64,000 nt of DNA from Escherichia phage vB_EcoM_SA21RB, in sequence record OL960580; one strand, given 5' to 3'. Shown piece by piece: positions 47,139 to 61,425 of the stretch (the first letter of the stretch is position 1; each line of letters opens with the position of its first letter). Made by a program: the position numbers and the translations under genes. The notes under the pieces were generated by a model. The model ran no database searches and had not been told where the DNA came from. It was given only the letters and a program-made list of their open reading frames with translations.

Positions 47139-49121
47139 ATGGCAAATACCCCTGTAAATTATCAATTAACAAGAACAGCAAATGCTATTCCCGAGATATT
47201 CGTCGGGGGTACATTTGCTGAAATAAAACAAAACCTCATTGAATGGCTTAATGGTCAAAATGAATTTTTGGATTATGATTTTGAAGGCTCAAGATTAAAC
47301 GTTCTGTGCGACCTTTTGGCTTATAATACATTGTACATTCAGCAGTTTGGTAATGCTGCCTTGTATGAAAGCTTTATGCGTACTGCTAATTTGCGTAGTT
47401 CAGTAGTTCAAGCTGCACAAGATAATGGATATTTACCTACTTCAAAATCAGCTGCTCAAACTGAAATTATGCTAACTTGTACAGATGCATTGAATAGAAA
47501 TTACATTACTATTCCTCGCGGTACTCGCTTTTTAGCATATGCAAAAGATACTTCCGTTAATCCTTACAACTTTGTATCTACCGAAGATGTTATTGCTATT
47601 CGCGATAAAAATAACCAATATTTTCCGCGTTTAAAATTAGCCCAGGGGCGTATAGTAAGAACTGAAATCATTTACGATAAATTAACACCTATTATCATTT
47701 ATGACAAAAATATAGATAGAAACCAAGTTAAATTATACGTTGATGGAGCAGAATGGATTAACTGGACAAGAAAGTCAATGGTTCATGCTGGTTCTACATC
47801 AACAATTTACTACATGCGTGAAACTATTGATGGAAATACTGAGTTTTATTTTGGTGAAGGTGAGATTTCTGTTAATGCGGCAGAAGGAGCATTGACTGCT
47901 AATTATATTGGAGGTCTTAAACCTACCCAGAACTCTACGATTGTTATTGAGTACATCAGTACTAACGGTGCAGATGCGAATGGCGCAGTCGGATTTTCAT
48001 ATGCAGATACATTAACAAATATAACTGTCATCAATATTAATGAAAATCCAAACGATGACCCAGATTTTGTTGGGGCAGATGGCGGCGGTGATCCAGAAGA
48101 TATTGAGCGTATTCGCGAATTGGGTACTATTAAACGCGAAACCCAGCAGCGATGCGTAACTGCAACTGACTATGATACATTCGTTTCAGAGAGATTTGGT
48201 TCTATTATTCAAGCAGTTCAGACGTTCACTGATTCTACTAAACCTGGTTATGCATTTATTGCTGCTAAACCTAAATCAGGTCTGTATTTAACTACCGTAC
48301 AGCGCGAAGATATTAAAAATTATCTCAAAGACTATAATTTAGCTCCTATTACACCATCAATTATTTCTCCTAATTATCTTTTTATTAAGACTAATTTAAA
48401 AGTCACATATGCTTTAAATAAGCTGCAAGAATCCGAACAGTGGCTCGAAGGTCAAATAATTGATAAAATTGATCGTTATTATACAGAAGATGTAGAAATT
48501 TTTAACTCATCTTTCGCTAAATCTAAGATGTTGACATATGTAGATGATGCAGATCATTCTATCATTGGTTCATCAGCGACAATTCAAATTGTTCGTGAAG
48601 TACAAAACTTCTATAAAACGCCTGAAGCGGGTATTAAATACAATAATCAAATAAAAGATCGTTCTATGGAATCTAATACGTTTTCATTTAATTCTGGACG
48701 AAAGGTTGTAAATCCTGATACTGGTTTAGAAGAAGATGTATTATATGACGTCCGCATAGTATCAACAGACCGAGATTCTAAAGGAATTGGTAAAGTTATT
48801 ATTGGTCCATTTGCTTCTGGCGATGTTACAGAAAATGAAAACATTCAGCCATATACAGGCAACGATTTTAACAAATTAGCAAATTCTGATGGACGCGACA
48901 AATACTATGTTATCGGTGAAATAAATTATCCAGCTGATGTGATTTATTGGAATATCGCTAAAATTAATTTAACATCTGAAAAATTTGAAGTTCAGACTAT
49001 CGAATTATATTCTGACCCAACCGATGATGTTATCTTTACTCGCGATGGTTCACTGATTGTATTTGAAAATGACTTACGTCCACAATACTTAACTATCGAT
49101 TTGGAGCCTATATCACAATGA
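47139..49121 (+). CDS. 6: baseplate wedge protein gp6
   Basis: 660 aa, T4 gp6 length; position between 5.4 and 7. Confidence 0.9.
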   Translation: MANTPVNYQLTRTANAIPEIFVGGTFAEIKQNLIEWLNGQNEFLDYDFEGSRLNVLCDLLAYNTLYIQQFGNAALYESFMRTANLRSSVVQAAQDNGYLPTSKSAAQTEIMLTCTDALNRNYITIPRGTRFLAYAKDTSVNPYNFVSTEDVIAIRDKNNQYFPRLKLAQGRIVRTEIIYDKLTPIIIYDKNIDRNQVKLYVDGAEWINWTRKSMVHAGSTSTIYYMRETIDGNTEFYFGEGEISVNAAEGALTANYIGGLKPTQNSTIVIEYISTNGADANGAVGFSYADTLTNITVININENPNDDPDFVGADGGGDPEDIERIRELGTIKRETQQRCVTATDYDTFVSERFGSIIQAVQTFTDSTKPGYAFIAAKPKSGLYLTTVQREDIKNYLKDYNLAPITPSIISPNYLFIKTNLKVTYALNKLQESEQWLEGQIIDKIDRYYTEDVEIFNSSFAKSKMLTYVDDADHSIIGSSATIQIVREVQNFYKTPEAGIKYNNQIKDRSMESNTFSFNSGRKVVNPDTGLEEDVLYDVRIVSTDRDSKGIGKVIIGPFASGDVTENENIQPYTGNDFNKLANSDGRDKYYVIGEINYPADVIYWNIAKINLTSEKFEVQTIELYSDPTDDVIFTRDGSLIVFENDLRPQYLTIDLEPISQ

Positions 49122-52100
49122 CAGTAAAAGCACCTTCAGTCACTAGTCTCAGAATTTCCAAGTTATCCGCAAATCAGGTGCAAGTACGCTGGGATGACGT
49201 TGGTGCTAATTTCTACTATTTTGTAGAAATCGCTGAGACAAAAACAAACTCGGGGGAAAATCTCCCGAGTAATCAATACAGATGGATTAACTTAGGATAT
49301 ACTGCAAATAACAGCTTCTTTTTTGATGATGCTGACCCGTTGACATCATACGTTATTAGAGTAGCTACAGCTGCACAAGATTTTGAACAGTCTGATTGGA
49401 TTTATACCGAAGAGTTTGAAACTTTTGCTACAAATGCTTATACATTTCAAAACATGATTGAAATGCAATTAGCCAATAAATTCATTCAGGAAAAATTTAC
49501 TCTTAATAATTCTGATTATGTCAATTTTAATAATGACACTATAATGGCTGCATTGATGAATGAATCATTTCAATTCAGCCCATCATATGTTGATGTTTCA
49601 TCAATAAGTAATTTTATTATTGGTGAAAATGAGTATCATGAAATACAAGGTTCTATTCAGCAAGTATGTAAGGATATTAACCGAGTTTATTTGATGGAAT
49701 CAGAAGGGATTTTATACCTTTTTGAGCGCTATCAGCCTGTAGTTAAAGTATCCAATGATAAAGGACAAACTTGGAAAGCTGTAAAGCTCTTCAATGACCG
49801 TGTAGGATATCCTTTATCTAAGACAGTATATTACCAATCTGCGAACACAACATACGTTCTAGGATATGATAAGATTTTCTATGGCCGCAAATCGACTGAT
49901 GTTAGATGGTCAGCTGATGATGTCAGATTTAGTTCTCAGGATATAACATTTGCTAAACTTGGCGACCAATTACATTTAGGATTTGATGTAGAAATTTTTG
50001 CCACCTACGCAACTTTGCCAGCGAATGTATATCGCATTGCAGAAGCTATTACTTGCACCGATGATTACATTTACGTTGTCGCCAGAGACAAAGTTAGATA
50101 CATAAAAACTAGTAATGCACCTATAGATTCTGATCCATTATCTCCAACATATTCGGAAAGGCTTTTTGAACCTGATACAATGACTATAACCGGAAATCCT
50201 AAAGCAGTATGCTATAAAATGGATTCTATCGGTGATAAAGTTTTTGCTCTTATTATTGGTGAAGTTGAAACATTAAATGCTAATCCTAGAACATCAAAAA
50301 TAATTGATTCTGCTGATAAAGGAATATATGTTTTAAATCATGACACAAAAACATGGAAAAGAGTTTTTGGCAACACCGAAGAAGAAAGAAGACGTATTCA
50401 ACCAGGGTATGCGAATATGTCAACTGATGGTAAATTAGTTTCTCTATCATCGAGTAATTTTAAATTTTTAAGTGATAATGTTGTTAATGACCCTGAAACT
50501 GTAGCAAAATATCAGTTAATCGGTGCTGTTAAATATGAATTTCCTCGTGAATGGTTAGCTGATAAGCATTATCATATGATGGCATTTATAGCAGATGAAA
50601 AGTCTGATTGGGAAACTTTTACTCCTCAGCCGATGAAATACTATGCAGAACCATTCTTTAACTGGTCTAAAAAATCTAACACGCGTTGTTGGATAAACAA
50701 CTCTGATAGGGTTGTAGTAGTTTATGCTGATTTAAAATACACTAAAGTTATAGAAAATATTCCGGAAACATCACCAGATAGATTAGTTCATGAATATTGG
50801 GATGATGGCGATTGTACTATAGTAATGCCAAATGTTAAATTCACTGGATTTAAAAAATATGCATCTGGGATGCTTTTCTATAAAGCCTCTGGTGAAATAA
50901 TTTCTTACTATGATTTTAACTATCGTGTTAGAGACACTGTCGAAATTATTTGGAAGCCAACTGGAGTATTTTTAAAAGCATTTTTACAAAACCAAGAGCA
51001 TGAAACCCCTTGGTCGCCTGAAGAAGAGCGTGGATTAGCTGACCCTGATTTAAGACCATTGATTGGCACAATGATGCCTGATTCTTATTTGTTACAGGAT
51101 TCGAATTTTGAGGCATTTTGCGAAGCATATATTCAGTATCTTTCTGATGGATATGGAACCCAGTATAATAATTTACGAAATTTAATTCGTAACAAATATC
51201 CACGAGAAGAGCATGCATGGGAATATTTGTGGTCAGAGATATATAAAAGAAACATTTATTTAAATGCTGACAAACGCGATGCTGTTGCAAGATTTTTCGA
51301 ATCACGTAGCTATGATTTTTATTCTACTAAAGGAATTGAAGCATCATACAAATTTCTTTTTAAAGTTCTTTATAATGAAGAGGTTGAAATTGAAATTGAA
51401 TCTGGGGCTGGTACTGAATATGATATAATCGTTCAATCTGATTCTTTGACTGAAGACTTAGTAGGACAAACGATTTATACAGCCACAGGAAGATGTAATG
51501 TTACTTATATAGAAAGAAGCTATTCTAATGGTAAATTGCAATGGACCGTAACTATTCATAATCTTTTGGGAAGATTGATTGCCGGTCAAGAAGTTAAAGC
51601 AGAAAGACTTCCTAGTTTTGAAGGCGAAATTATTCGTGGCGTTAAAGGAAAGGATTTGCTTCAAAACAATATAGACTATATTAATAGAAGTAGATCATAC
51701 TATGTAATGAAAATTAAATCCAATTTACCTTCTTCCCGCTGGAAATCTGACGTTATTCGTTTTGTTCATCCAGTAGGATTTGGATTTATAGCAATTACCC
51801 TTTTAACAATGTTTATTAATGTTGGTTTAACTCTTAAACATACAGAGACTATAATTAATAAATACAAAAACTATAAATGGGATTCTGGATTGCCTACTGA
51901 ATACGCTGATAGAGTAGCTAAATTAACTCCAACCGGTGAAATTGAGCATGATTCAGTAACAGGCGAAGCAATTTATGAGCCTGGCCCAATGGCTGGCGTA
52001 AAATATCCTCTTCCTGATGACTATAATGCTGAAAATAATAATTCAATATTTCAAGGTCAATTGCCGTCTGAACGACGTAAATTAATGAGTCCTTTATTTG

Positions 52101-52216
52101 ATGCATCTGGAACAACATTTGCACAATTTAGGGATTTAGTTAATAAACGTCTAAAAGATAATATAGGAAATCCAAGAGACCCTGAAAATCCAACACAGGT
52201 TAAAATAGATGAATGA
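49118..52216 (+). CDS. 7: baseplate wedge protein gp7
   Basis: 1032 aa, T4 gp7 length; 4-nt overlap with gp6. Confidence 0.9.
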   Translation: MTVKAPSVTSLRISKLSANQVQVRWDDVGANFYYFVEIAETKTNSGENLPSNQYRWINLGYTANNSFFFDDADPLTSYVIRVATAAQDFEQSDWIYTEEFETFATNAYTFQNMIEMQLANKFIQEKFTLNNSDYVNFNNDTIMAALMNESFQFSPSYVDVSSISNFIIGENEYHEIQGSIQQVCKDINRVYLMESEGILYLFERYQPVVKVSNDKGQTWKAVKLFNDRVGYPLSKTVYYQSANTTYVLGYDKIFYGRKSTDVRWSADDVRFSSQDITFAKLGDQLHLGFDVEIFATYATLPANVYRIAEAITCTDDYIYVVARDKVRYIKTSNAPIDSDPLSPTYSERLFEPDTMTITGNPKAVCYKMDSIGDKVFALIIGEVETLNANPRTSKIIDSADKGIYVLNHDTKTWKRVFGNTEEERRRIQPGYANMSTDGKLVSLSSSNFKFLSDNVVNDPETVAKYQLIGAVKYEFPREWLADKHYHMMAFIADEKSDWETFTPQPMKYYAEPFFNWSKKSNTRCWINNSDRVVVVYADLKYTKVIENIPETSPDRLVHEYWDDGDCTIVMPNVKFTGFKKYASGMLFYKASGEIISYYDFNYRVRDTVEIIWKPTGVFLKAFLQNQEHETPWSPEEERGLADPDLRPLIGTMMPDSYLLQDSNFEAFCEAYIQYLSDGYGTQYNNLRNLIRNKYPREEHAWEYLWSEIYKRNIYLNADKRDAVARFFESRSYDFYSTKGIEASYKFLFKVLYNEEVEIEIESGAGTEYDIIVQSDSLTEDLVGQTIYTATGRCNVTYIERSYSNGKLQWTVTIHNLLGRLIAGQEVKAERLPSFEGEIIRGVKGKDLLQNNIDYINRSRSYYVMKIKSNLPSSRWKSDVIRFVHPVGFGFIAITLLTMFINVGLTLKHTETIINKYKNYKWDSGLPTEYADRVAKLTPTGEIEHDSVTGEAIYEPGPMAGVKYPLPDDYNAENNNSIFQGQLPSERRKLMSPLFDASGTTFAQFRDLVNKRLKDNIGNPRDPENPTQVKIDE

Positions 52217-53213
52217 TTCAAGTGTTATCTATCGTGCGATAGTTACTTCAAAATTTAGAACAGAAAAAATGTTGAATTTTTATAATTCAATTGGAAGTGG
52301 TCCGGATAAAAACACTATCTTTATCACATTTGGAAGATCAGAACCATGGTCATCAAATGAAAATGAGGCGGGCTTTGCCCCGCCTTATCCCACTGATTCT
52401 GTATTAGGTGTAACTGATATGTGGACACATATGATGGGAACAGTAAAGGTTCTTCCATCAATGCTTGATGCTGTTATTCCTCGCAGAGATTGGGGAGATA
52501 CTAGATATCCGGATCCATACACATTTAGAATTAACGATATTGTAGTGTGTAACTCAGCTCCTTACAATGCTACTGAATCAGGCGCAGGCTGGCTAGTATA
52601 TCGTTGTTTAGATGTTCCTGATACTGGAATGTGTTCAATAACATCTTTAACTGATAAGGATGAATGCCTCAAATTAGGTGGAAAATGGACTCCTTCTGCT
52701 AGGTCAATGACTCCTCCTGAAGGTCGAGGAGACGCGGAAGGAACAATCGAACCCGGCGACGGATATGTTTGGGAATATCTTTTTGAGATTCCGCCTGATG
52801 TATCTATAAATAGATGCACGAATGAATATATCGTGGTTCCTTGGCCTGAGGAATTAAAAGAAGACCCGGCTAGATGGGGGTATGAAGATAATCTCACTTG
52901 GCAACAAGATGATTTTGGATTAATTTACCGTGTTAAGGCAAATACTATCCGTTTTAAAGCATATTTAGATTCAGTTTATTTTCCTGAAGCTGCATTGCCG
53001 GGAAATAAAGGATTTAGACAAATATCAATAATCACGAATCCTCTTGAAGCTAAAGCTAATCCAAATGACCCAAACGTTAAAGCTGAAAAGGATTATTATG
53101 ATCCGGAAGATTTAATGAGGCATTCGGGCGAAATGATTTATATGGAAAATAGGCCACCTATTATCATGGCAATGGATCAAACAGAAGAAATCAATATTCT
53201 GTTTACATTTTAA
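52209..53213 (+). CDS. 8: baseplate wedge protein gp8
   Basis: 334 aa; followed by a hairpin terminator and the gene 9 late promoter. Confidence 0.9.
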   Translation: MNDSSVIYRAIVTSKFRTEKMLNFYNSIGSGPDKNTIFITFGRSEPWSSNENEAGFAPPYPTDSVLGVTDMWTHMMGTVKVLPSMLDAVIPRRDWGDTRYPDPYTFRINDIVVCNSAPYNATESGAGWLVYRCLDVPDTGMCSITSLTDKDECLKLGGKWTPSARSMTPPEGRGDAEGTIEPGDGYVWEYLFEIPPDVSINRCTNEYIVVPWPEELKEDPARWGYEDNLTWQQDDFGLIYRVKANTIRFKAYLDSVYFPEAALPGNKGFRQISIITNPLEAKANPNDPNVKAEKDYYDPEDLMRHSGEMIYMENRPPIIMAMDQTEEINILFTF

Positions 53214-53218
53214 CTTAA

Positions 53219-53244
53219 GGGAGCCCATGGGCTCCCTTTTTCTT
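53219..53244 (+). terminator. rho-independent terminator after gene 8
   Basis: GGGAGCCCATGGGCTCCC followed by TTTTTCTTT. Confidence 0.7.
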
Positions 53245-53252
53245 TATAAATA
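53245..53252 (+). promoter_or_regulatory. T4-type late promoter for gene 9
   Basis: exact TATAAATA 25 nt upstream of the gp9 ATG, just after the gp8 terminator. Confidence 0.7.
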
Positions 53253-53276
53253 CTATAAACTCATAAGGAAACCGCT

Positions 53277-54143
53277 ATGTTCATTCAAGAACCAAAGAAA
53301 TTGATTGATACCGGCGAAATTGGTAACGCTTCTACTGGTGATATCTTATTCGACGGTGGTAATAAAATTAATAGTGATTTTAACGCAATTTATAACGCGT
53401 TTGGCGATCAACGCAAAATGGCAGTAGCAAATGGCACTGGAGCAGATGGCCAAATTATCCATGCTACTGGATATTATCAAAAACACTCTATTACAGAGTA
53501 CGCAACTCCAGTAAAAGTTGGCACTAGGCATGATATTGATACCTCTACTGTAGGTGTTAAAGTTATCATTGAAAGAGGCGAACTCGGCGATTGTGTTGAA
53601 TTCATTAACTCAAATGGATCAATATCAGTTACTAATCCTTTAACAATTCAAGCTATTGATTCAATTAAAGGTGTTTCGGGTAATTTAGTAGTAACTAGTC
53701 CATATAGTAAAGTTACTTTACGCTGTATTTCATCTGATAATTCTACATCGGTTTGGAACTATTCTATTGAAAGTATGTTTGGGCAAAAGGAATCACCAGC
53801 TGAAGGTACATGGAATATTTCTACAACCGGATCAGTTGATATTCCACTATTTCATCGCACTGAATACAATATGGCTAAATTGTTAGTTACATGCCAATCA
53901 GTAGATGGAAGAAAAATTAAAACAGCAGAAATAAATATTCTTGTGGATACTGTTAATTCAGAGGTAATTTCTTCTGAATATGCTGTCATGCGAGTTGGTA
54001 ATGAAACCGAAGAAGACGAAATCGCTAATATTGCATTTAGTATTAAAGAAAATTATGTAACGGCGACTATAAGTTCTTCAACTGTCGGTATGAGAGCAGC
54101 AGTTAAAGTTATCGCTACGCAGAAAATCGGGGTGGCTCAATAA
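53277..54143 (+). CDS. 9: baseplate protein gp9 (long tail fibre socket)
   Basis: 288 aa; own TATAAATA late promoter. Confidence 0.9.
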   Translation: MFIQEPKKLIDTGEIGNASTGDILFDGGNKINSDFNAIYNAFGDQRKMAVANGTGADGQIIHATGYYQKHSITEYATPVKVGTRHDIDTSTVGVKVIIERGELGDCVEFINSNGSISVTNPLTIQAIDSIKGVSGNLVVTSPYSKVTLRCISSDNSTSVWNYSIESMFGQKESPAEGTWNISTTGSVDIPLFHRTEYNMAKLLVTCQSVDGRKIKTAEINILVDTVNSEVISSEYAVMRVGNETEEDEIANIAFSIKENYVTATISSSTVGMRAAVKVIATQKIGVAQ

Positions 54144-55951
54144 TGAAACAAAATATTAATATCGGTAATGTTGTAGATGATGGTACCGGTGACTACCTGC
54201 GTAAAGGTGGTATAAAAATAAATGAAAACTTTGATGAGCTTTATTATGAACTCGGTGATGGTGATGTTCCATATTCAGCCGGTGCCTGGAAAACTTATGA
54301 TGCTTCATCTGGCCAAACATTAAAAGCTGAGTGGGGGAAATCATACGCTATTAATACCTCTTCTGGAAGAGTAACTATAAATCTTCCAAAAGGAACTGTC
54401 AATGATTACAACAAGGTAATTAGAGCTAGAGACGTATTTGCTACATGGAACGTCAACCCAGTTACATTAGTAGCTGCTTCCGGCGATACGATTAAAGGGT
54501 CTGCAGTACCAGTTGAAATTAATGTTCAATTCAGCGATTTGGAATTAGTGTATTGCGCCCCAGGACGTTGGGAATATGTCAAAAATAAGCAAATTGACAA
54601 AATTACCAGTTCAGACATTAGTAATGTAGCTCGTAAAGAATTTTTAGTCGAAGTCCAAGGACAAACTGACTTTTTAGATGTTTTCCGTGGAACTAGTTAT
54701 AATGTAAATAACATCAGAGTAAAACATCGTGGTAACGAATTGTATTACGGTGATGTATTTAGTGAAAACAGCGATTTTGGCTCTCCGGGCGAAAACGAAG
54801 GTGAATTAGTTCCTCTTGATGGATTTAATATTCGATTAAGACAGCCTTGTAATATCGGTGATACTGTTCAAATTGAAACATTTATGGATGGCGTATCACA
54901 GTGGAGAAGTTCATATACAAGACGTCAAATTAGAGTGTTAGATTCAAAATTAACGTCAAAAACTTCTTTAGAAGGAAGCATTTACGTTACTGATTTATCA
55001 ACAATGAAATCAATTCCGTTTTCAGCTTTTGGATTAATTCCAGGTGAACCTATTAATCCTAATTCTCTTGAGGTCCGTTTTAATGGAATTTTACAAGAAT
55101 TGGCTGGAACAGTTGGAATGCCATTATTTCATTGCGTTGGTGCCGATTCAGACGATGAAGTAGAATGCTCTGTTTTAGGTGGAACTTGGGAACAGTCTCA
55201 TACCGACTATTCAGTTGAAACTGATGAAAACGGCATACCAGAAACATTGCACTTCGATAGAGTATTTGAGCATGGCGACATTATCAATATCACCTGGTTT
55301 AATAATGATTTAGGTACATTATTAACAAAAGATGAGATTATTGATGAAACTGATAATCTCTATGTATCGCAAGGACCAGGAGTAGATATTTCCGGTGATG
55401 TAAATTTAACAGACTTCGATAAAATTGGTTGGCCAAATGTAGAAGCAGTTCAATCCTATCAACGTGAATTTAATGCTGTTTCAAATATCTTTGATACGAT
55501 TTATCCTATTGGAACTATATATGAAAACGCTGTTAATCCAAATAACCCTGTTACATATATGGGATTCGGCTCATGGAAATTATTTGGGCAAGGAAAAGTT
55601 TTAGTTGGATGGAATGAAGATATTTCGGACCCTAACTTTGCTCTAAATAACAACGATTTAGATTCGGGTGGAAATCCTTCACATACTGCAGGCGGAACAG
55701 GTGGTTCTACTTCTGTTACATTGGAAAATGCTAATCTTCCTGCAACTGAGACAGATGAAGAAGTTCTAATAGTTGATGAAAATGGATCAGTCATTGTTGG
55801 TGGATGTCAATACGATCCAGATGAATCTGGTCCAGTTTACACGAAATACCGTGAAGCTAAAGCATCTACTAACTCTACCCACACTCCGCCAACATCAATA
55901 ACTAACATTCAACCATATATTACAGTTTATCGTTGGATAAGGATTGCATAA
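54143..55951 (+). CDS. 10: baseplate wedge protein gp10
   Basis: 602 aa; starts at the gp9 stop (ATAATG). Confidence 0.9.
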   Translation: MKQNINIGNVVDDGTGDYLRKGGIKINENFDELYYELGDGDVPYSAGAWKTYDASSGQTLKAEWGKSYAINTSSGRVTINLPKGTVNDYNKVIRARDVFATWNVNPVTLVAASGDTIKGSAVPVEINVQFSDLELVYCAPGRWEYVKNKQIDKITSSDISNVARKEFLVEVQGQTDFLDVFRGTSYNVNNIRVKHRGNELYYGDVFSENSDFGSPGENEGELVPLDGFNIRLRQPCNIGDTVQIETFMDGVSQWRSSYTRRQIRVLDSKLTSKTSLEGSIYVTDLSTMKSIPFSAFGLIPGEPINPNSLEVRFNGILQELAGTVGMPLFHCVGADSDDEVECSVLGGTWEQSHTDYSVETDENGIPETLHFDRVFEHGDIINITWFNNDLGTLLTKDEIIDETDNLYVSQGPGVDISGDVNLTDFDKIGWPNVEAVQSYQREFNAVSNIFDTIYPIGTIYENAVNPNNPVTYMGFGSWKLFGQGKVLVGWNEDISDPNFALNNNDLDSGGNPSHTAGGTGGSTSVTLENANLPATETDEEVLIVDENGSVIVGGCQYDPDESGPVYTKYREAKASTNSTHTPPTSITNIQPYITVYRWIRIA

Positions 55952-56610
55952 TGAGTTTACTTAATAATAAAGCGGGAGTTATTTCCCGCTTAGCCGATTT
56001 TCTTGGTTTTAGACCTAAAACTGGCGACATCGATGTAATGAATCGTCAATCAGTTGGGTCAGTGACAATTTCTCAATTAGCGAAAGGATTTTATGAACCT
56101 AACGTAGAATCAGCTATTAATGATGTTCATAATTTTTCTATAAAAGACGTTGGTACAATTATTACTAATAAAACTGGTGTTTCTCCTGAGGGTGTTTCTC
56201 AAACTGATTATTGGGCATTTTCAGGAACTGTGACAGATGATTCGCTTCCTCCTGGTTCTCCTGTTACTGTATTAGTATTTGGTCTTCCAGTTTCAGCAAC
56301 AACCGGAATGACAGCTATCGAGTTTGTTGCCAAAGTTCGTGTTGCGCTACAAGAAGCTATTGCGTCATTTACTGCTATCAACTCATATAAAGACCATCCA
56401 ACAGATGGTAGTAAATTAGAAGTTACTTATTTAGATAATCAGAAACATGTATTAAGCACATATTCCACATATGGAATAACTATTTCCCAAGAAATTATTT
56501 CAGAATCTAAGCCCGGATATGGCACATGGAATTTGCTTGGTGCACAAACTGTAACTTTAGATAATCAGCAAACTCCAATAGTACTTTATCATTTTGAGAG
56601 AACAGCATGA
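55951..56610 (+). CDS. 11: baseplate wedge protein gp11
   Basis: 219 aa from [20 protein letters not shown]; the track ORF begins 6 codons earlier. Confidence 0.88.
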   Translation: MSLLNNKAGVISRLADFLGFRPKTGDIDVMNRQSVGSVTISQLAKGFYEPNVESAINDVHNFSIKDVGTIITNKTGVSPEGVSQTDYWAFSGTVTDDSLPPGSPVTVLVFGLPVSATTGMTAIEFVAKVRVALQEAIASFTAINSYKDHPTDGSKLEVTYLDNQKHVLSTYSTYGITISQEIISESKPGYGTWNLLGAQTVTLDNQQTPIVLYHFERTA

Positions 56611-58190
56611 GTAATAATACATATCAACACGTTTCTAATGAATCTCGTTATGTAAAATTTGATCCAACTGGTACAAATTTTCCGGCAGAGATTACTGATG
56701 TTCAGGCTGCTATAGCAGCCATTTCTCCTGCTGGTGTAAATGGGGTTCCTGATGCATCATCAACAACAAAGGGAATTTTATTTCTTGCCACTGAACAGGA
56801 AGTTATCGACGGAACTGATAATACCAAAGCAGTTACACCAGCAACGTTGGCAACAAGATTATCTTATCCAAACGCAACTGAAACTGTTTATGGATTAACA
56901 AGATATTCAACCAATGATGAAGCAATTGCCGGAGTTAATAATGAATCTTCTATAACTCCTGCTAAATTTACTGTTGCCCTTAATAATGCCTTTGAAACTC
57001 GTGTTTCAACTGAATCATCAAATGGAGTTATTAAAATTTCATCTCTACCGCAAGCATTAGCTGGCGCAGATGATACTACTGCAATGACTCCGTTAAAAAC
57101 ACAGCAGTTAGCTATTAAATTAATTGCGCAAATCGCTCCTTCTGAAACCACAGCTACCGAATCGGACCAAGGTGTTGTTCAATTGGCGACAGTAGCTCAA
57201 GTTCGTCAAGGAACCTTAAGAGAAGGCTATGCAATTTCTCCTTATACGCTAATGAATTCTACTGCTACTGAAGAATATAAAGGCGTAATTAAATTAGGAA
57301 CACAATCAGAAGTTAACTCGAATAATGCTTCTGTTGCGGTTACTGGCGCAACTCTTAATGGTCGTGGTTCTACAACGTCAATGAGAGGCGTAGTTAAATT
57401 AACTACAACCGCCGGCTCACAGAGTGGAGGCGATGCTTCATCAGCACTAGCTTGGAATGCTGACGTTATCCACCAAAGAGGTGGTCAAACGATTAATGGA
57501 ACACTTCGCATTAATAATACGCTCACAATAGCTTCAGGCGGAGCAAACATTACCGGAACAGTTAACATGACCGGTGGTTATATTCAAGGTAAGCGTGTTG
57601 TAACGCAGAATGAAATAGATAGAACTATTCCTGTCGGAGCTATTATGATGTGGGCGGCTGATAGCCTTCCTAGTGATGCTTGGCGCTTCTGTCATGGCGG
57701 AACTGTTTCAGCATCAGATTGTCCATTATATGCTTCTAGAATTGGAACAAGATACGGCGGAAGTTCATCAAATCCTGGATTACCTGATATGCGTGGCCTT
57801 TTTGTTCGCGGCTCTGGTCGTGGCTCTCACTTAACAAATCCAAATGTTAATGGTAATGACCAATTTGGTAAGCCTAGATTAGGTGTAGGTTGTACCGGTG
57901 GATATGTTGGCGAAGTACAAAAACAGCAGATGTCTTATCATAAACACGCTGGCGGATTTGGTGAGCATGATGATTCTGGAGCATTCGGTAATACCCGCAG
58001 ATCAAATTTTGTTGGTACACGTAAAGGACTTGACTGGGATAACCGTTCATATTTCACCAATGACGGATATGAAATTGACCCAGCATCACAACGAAATTCC
58101 AAATATACATTAAATCGTCCTGAATTAATTGGAAATGAAACACGTCCATGGAACATTTCTTTAAACTACATAATTAAGGTAAAAGAATGA
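56607..58190 (+). CDS. 12: short tail fibre protein gp12
   Basis: 527 aa; repetitive Thr/Gly-rich fibrous sequence. Confidence 0.9.
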   Translation: MSNNTYQHVSNESRYVKFDPTGTNFPAEITDVQAAIAAISPAGVNGVPDASSTTKGILFLATEQEVIDGTDNTKAVTPATLATRLSYPNATETVYGLTRYSTNDEAIAGVNNESSITPAKFTVALNNAFETRVSTESSNGVIKISSLPQALAGADDTTAMTPLKTQQLAIKLIAQIAPSETTATESDQGVVQLATVAQVRQGTLREGYAISPYTLMNSTATEEYKGVIKLGTQSEVNSNNASVAVTGATLNGRGSTTSMRGVVKLTTTAGSQSGGDASSALAWNADVIHQRGGQTINGTLRINNTLTIASGGANITGTVNMTGGYIQGKRVVTQNEIDRTIPVGAIMMWAADSLPSDAWRFCHGGTVSASDCPLYASRIGTRYGGSSSNPGLPDMRGLFVRGSGRGSHLTNPNVNGNDQFGKPRLGVGCTGGYVGEVQKQQMSYHKHAGGFGEHDDSGAFGNTRRSNFVGTRKGLDWDNRSYFTNDGYEIDPASQRNSKYTLNRPELIGNETRPWNISLNYIIKVKE

Positions 58191-59650
58191 CAGATATTGT
58201 ACTGAATGACTTACCATTCGTTGACGGCCCTCCTGCAGAGGGCCAGAGCCGCATTTCCTGGATTAAAAACGGCGAAGAAATATTAGGAGCTGACACACAG
58301 TATGGAAGTGAAGGTTCAATGAATAGACCTACAGTTTCTGTACTAAGAAATGTTGAAGTTCTTGATAAAAACATTGGAATACTTAAAACATCTTTAGAAT
58401 CCGCGAATAGTGATATTAAAACAATTCAGGGCATCTTAGATGTATCTGGTGATATTGAAGCTTTGGCCCAAATAAGTATCAATAAAAATGATATTTCTGA
58501 CCTTAAAACGCTAACCAGTGAACATACAGAAATATTAAATGGGACTAATAGTACTGTTGACAGCATTCTTGCTGATATTGGTCCATTTAACTCCGAGGCC
58601 AACTCTGTATACAGAACGATCAGAAATGATTTACTGTGGATAAAGCGTGAACTTGGACAATACACAGGTCAAGATATTAATGGTCTTCCTGTTGTAGGAA
58701 ATCCTAGCACGGGAATGAAGCATCGCATTATTAATAATACTGATGTCATCACTTCACAGGGAATACGTTTAAGCGAATTAGAAACAAAATTTATTGAATC
58801 TGATGTAGGTTCTTTAACTATTGAAGTTGGTAATCTTCGTGAAGAGCTTGGACCGAAACCACCGTCATTTTCACAAAACATCTACAGTCGTTTAAATGAA
58901 ATTGACACTAAACAGACAACAGTTGAGTCTGACATTAGTGCTATTAAGACCTCAATAGGATATCCAGGAAATAATTCGATTATTACGAGTGTTAATACAA
59001 ACACTGATAATATTGCATCTATTAATTTAGAGCTAAATCAAAGTGGAGGTATTAAACAGCGTTTAACCGTTATTGAAACTTCTATTGGTTCAGATGATAT
59101 TCCTTCGAGTATTAAAGGCCAAATCAAAGATAATACAACTTCAATTGAAGCTCTAAATGGAATCGTCGGTGAAAACACTTCATCCGGTTTAAGAGCGAAT
59201 GTTTCGTGGTTAAACCAAATTGTTGGAACTGATTCTAGCGGTGGACAACCTTCTCCTCCTGGGTCTCTTTTAAACCGAGTTTCTACAATTGAAACTTCTG
59301 TTTCAAGCTTGAATAACGATGTTCAAAACCTACAAGTAGAGATTGGTAATAACAGCACAGGAATTAAAGGGCAAGTTGTAGCGTTAAATACTTTAGTAAA
59401 TGGAACTAATCCAAACGGTTCAACAGTCGAAGAACGTGGATTAACAAATTCAATAAAAGCTAACGAAACCAACATTGCATCAGTTACACAAGAAGTGAAT
59501 ACAGCCAAAGGTAGTATATCTTCTCTGCAAGGCGATGTTCAAGCTCTACAAGAAGCAGGTTATATTCCTGAAGCTCCAAAAGATGGTCAAGCTTACGTTC
59601 GTAAAGACGGCGAGTGGGTATTACTTTCTACCTTTTTATCACCAGCATAA
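58187..59650 (+). CDS. wac: fibritin (whisker antigen control)
   Basis: 487 aa; long heptad coiled coil and C-terminal foldon [27 protein letters not shown]. Confidence 0.95.
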   Translation: MTDIVLNDLPFVDGPPAEGQSRISWIKNGEEILGADTQYGSEGSMNRPTVSVLRNVEVLDKNIGILKTSLESANSDIKTIQGILDVSGDIEALAQISINKNDISDLKTLTSEHTEILNGTNSTVDSILADIGPFNSEANSVYRTIRNDLLWIKRELGQYTGQDINGLPVVGNPSTGMKHRIINNTDVITSQGIRLSELETKFIESDVGSLTIEVGNLREELGPKPPSFSQNIYSRLNEIDTKQTTVESDISAIKTSIGYPGNNSIITSVNTNTDNIASINLELNQSGGIKQRLTVIETSIGSDDIPSSIKGQIKDNTTSIEALNGIVGENTSSGLRANVSWLNQIVGTDSSGGQPSPPGSLLNRVSTIETSVSSLNNDVQNLQVEIGNNSTGIKGQVVALNTLVNGTNPNGSTVEERGLTNSIKANETNIASVTQEVNTAKGSISSLQGDVQALQEAGYIPEAPKDGQAYVRKDGEWVLLSTFLSPA

Positions 59651-59653
59651 CAT

Positions 59654-59669
59654 GGGGCCGCAAGGCCCC
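59654..59669 (+). terminator. hairpin after wac (possible terminator/RNA stabiliser)
   Basis: GGGGCC-GCAA-GGCCCC immediately after the wac stop; no clear U-tract. Confidence 0.4.
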
Positions 59670-59682
59670 AAAGGATTTTTAA

Positions 59683-61384
<1,702 letters not shown>

Positions 61385-61425
61385 TAAATATTATAAACTA
61401 ATTAAAGCCCAGATTAGGAGAAATC

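Noticed and set aside
50946-51305. Minus-strand 119-aa ORF inside gene 7, and similar antisense ORFs inside genes 8, 10, 12 and wac
   Set aside because: Embedded antisense in long, conserved structural genes; late region is transcribed on the plus strand.
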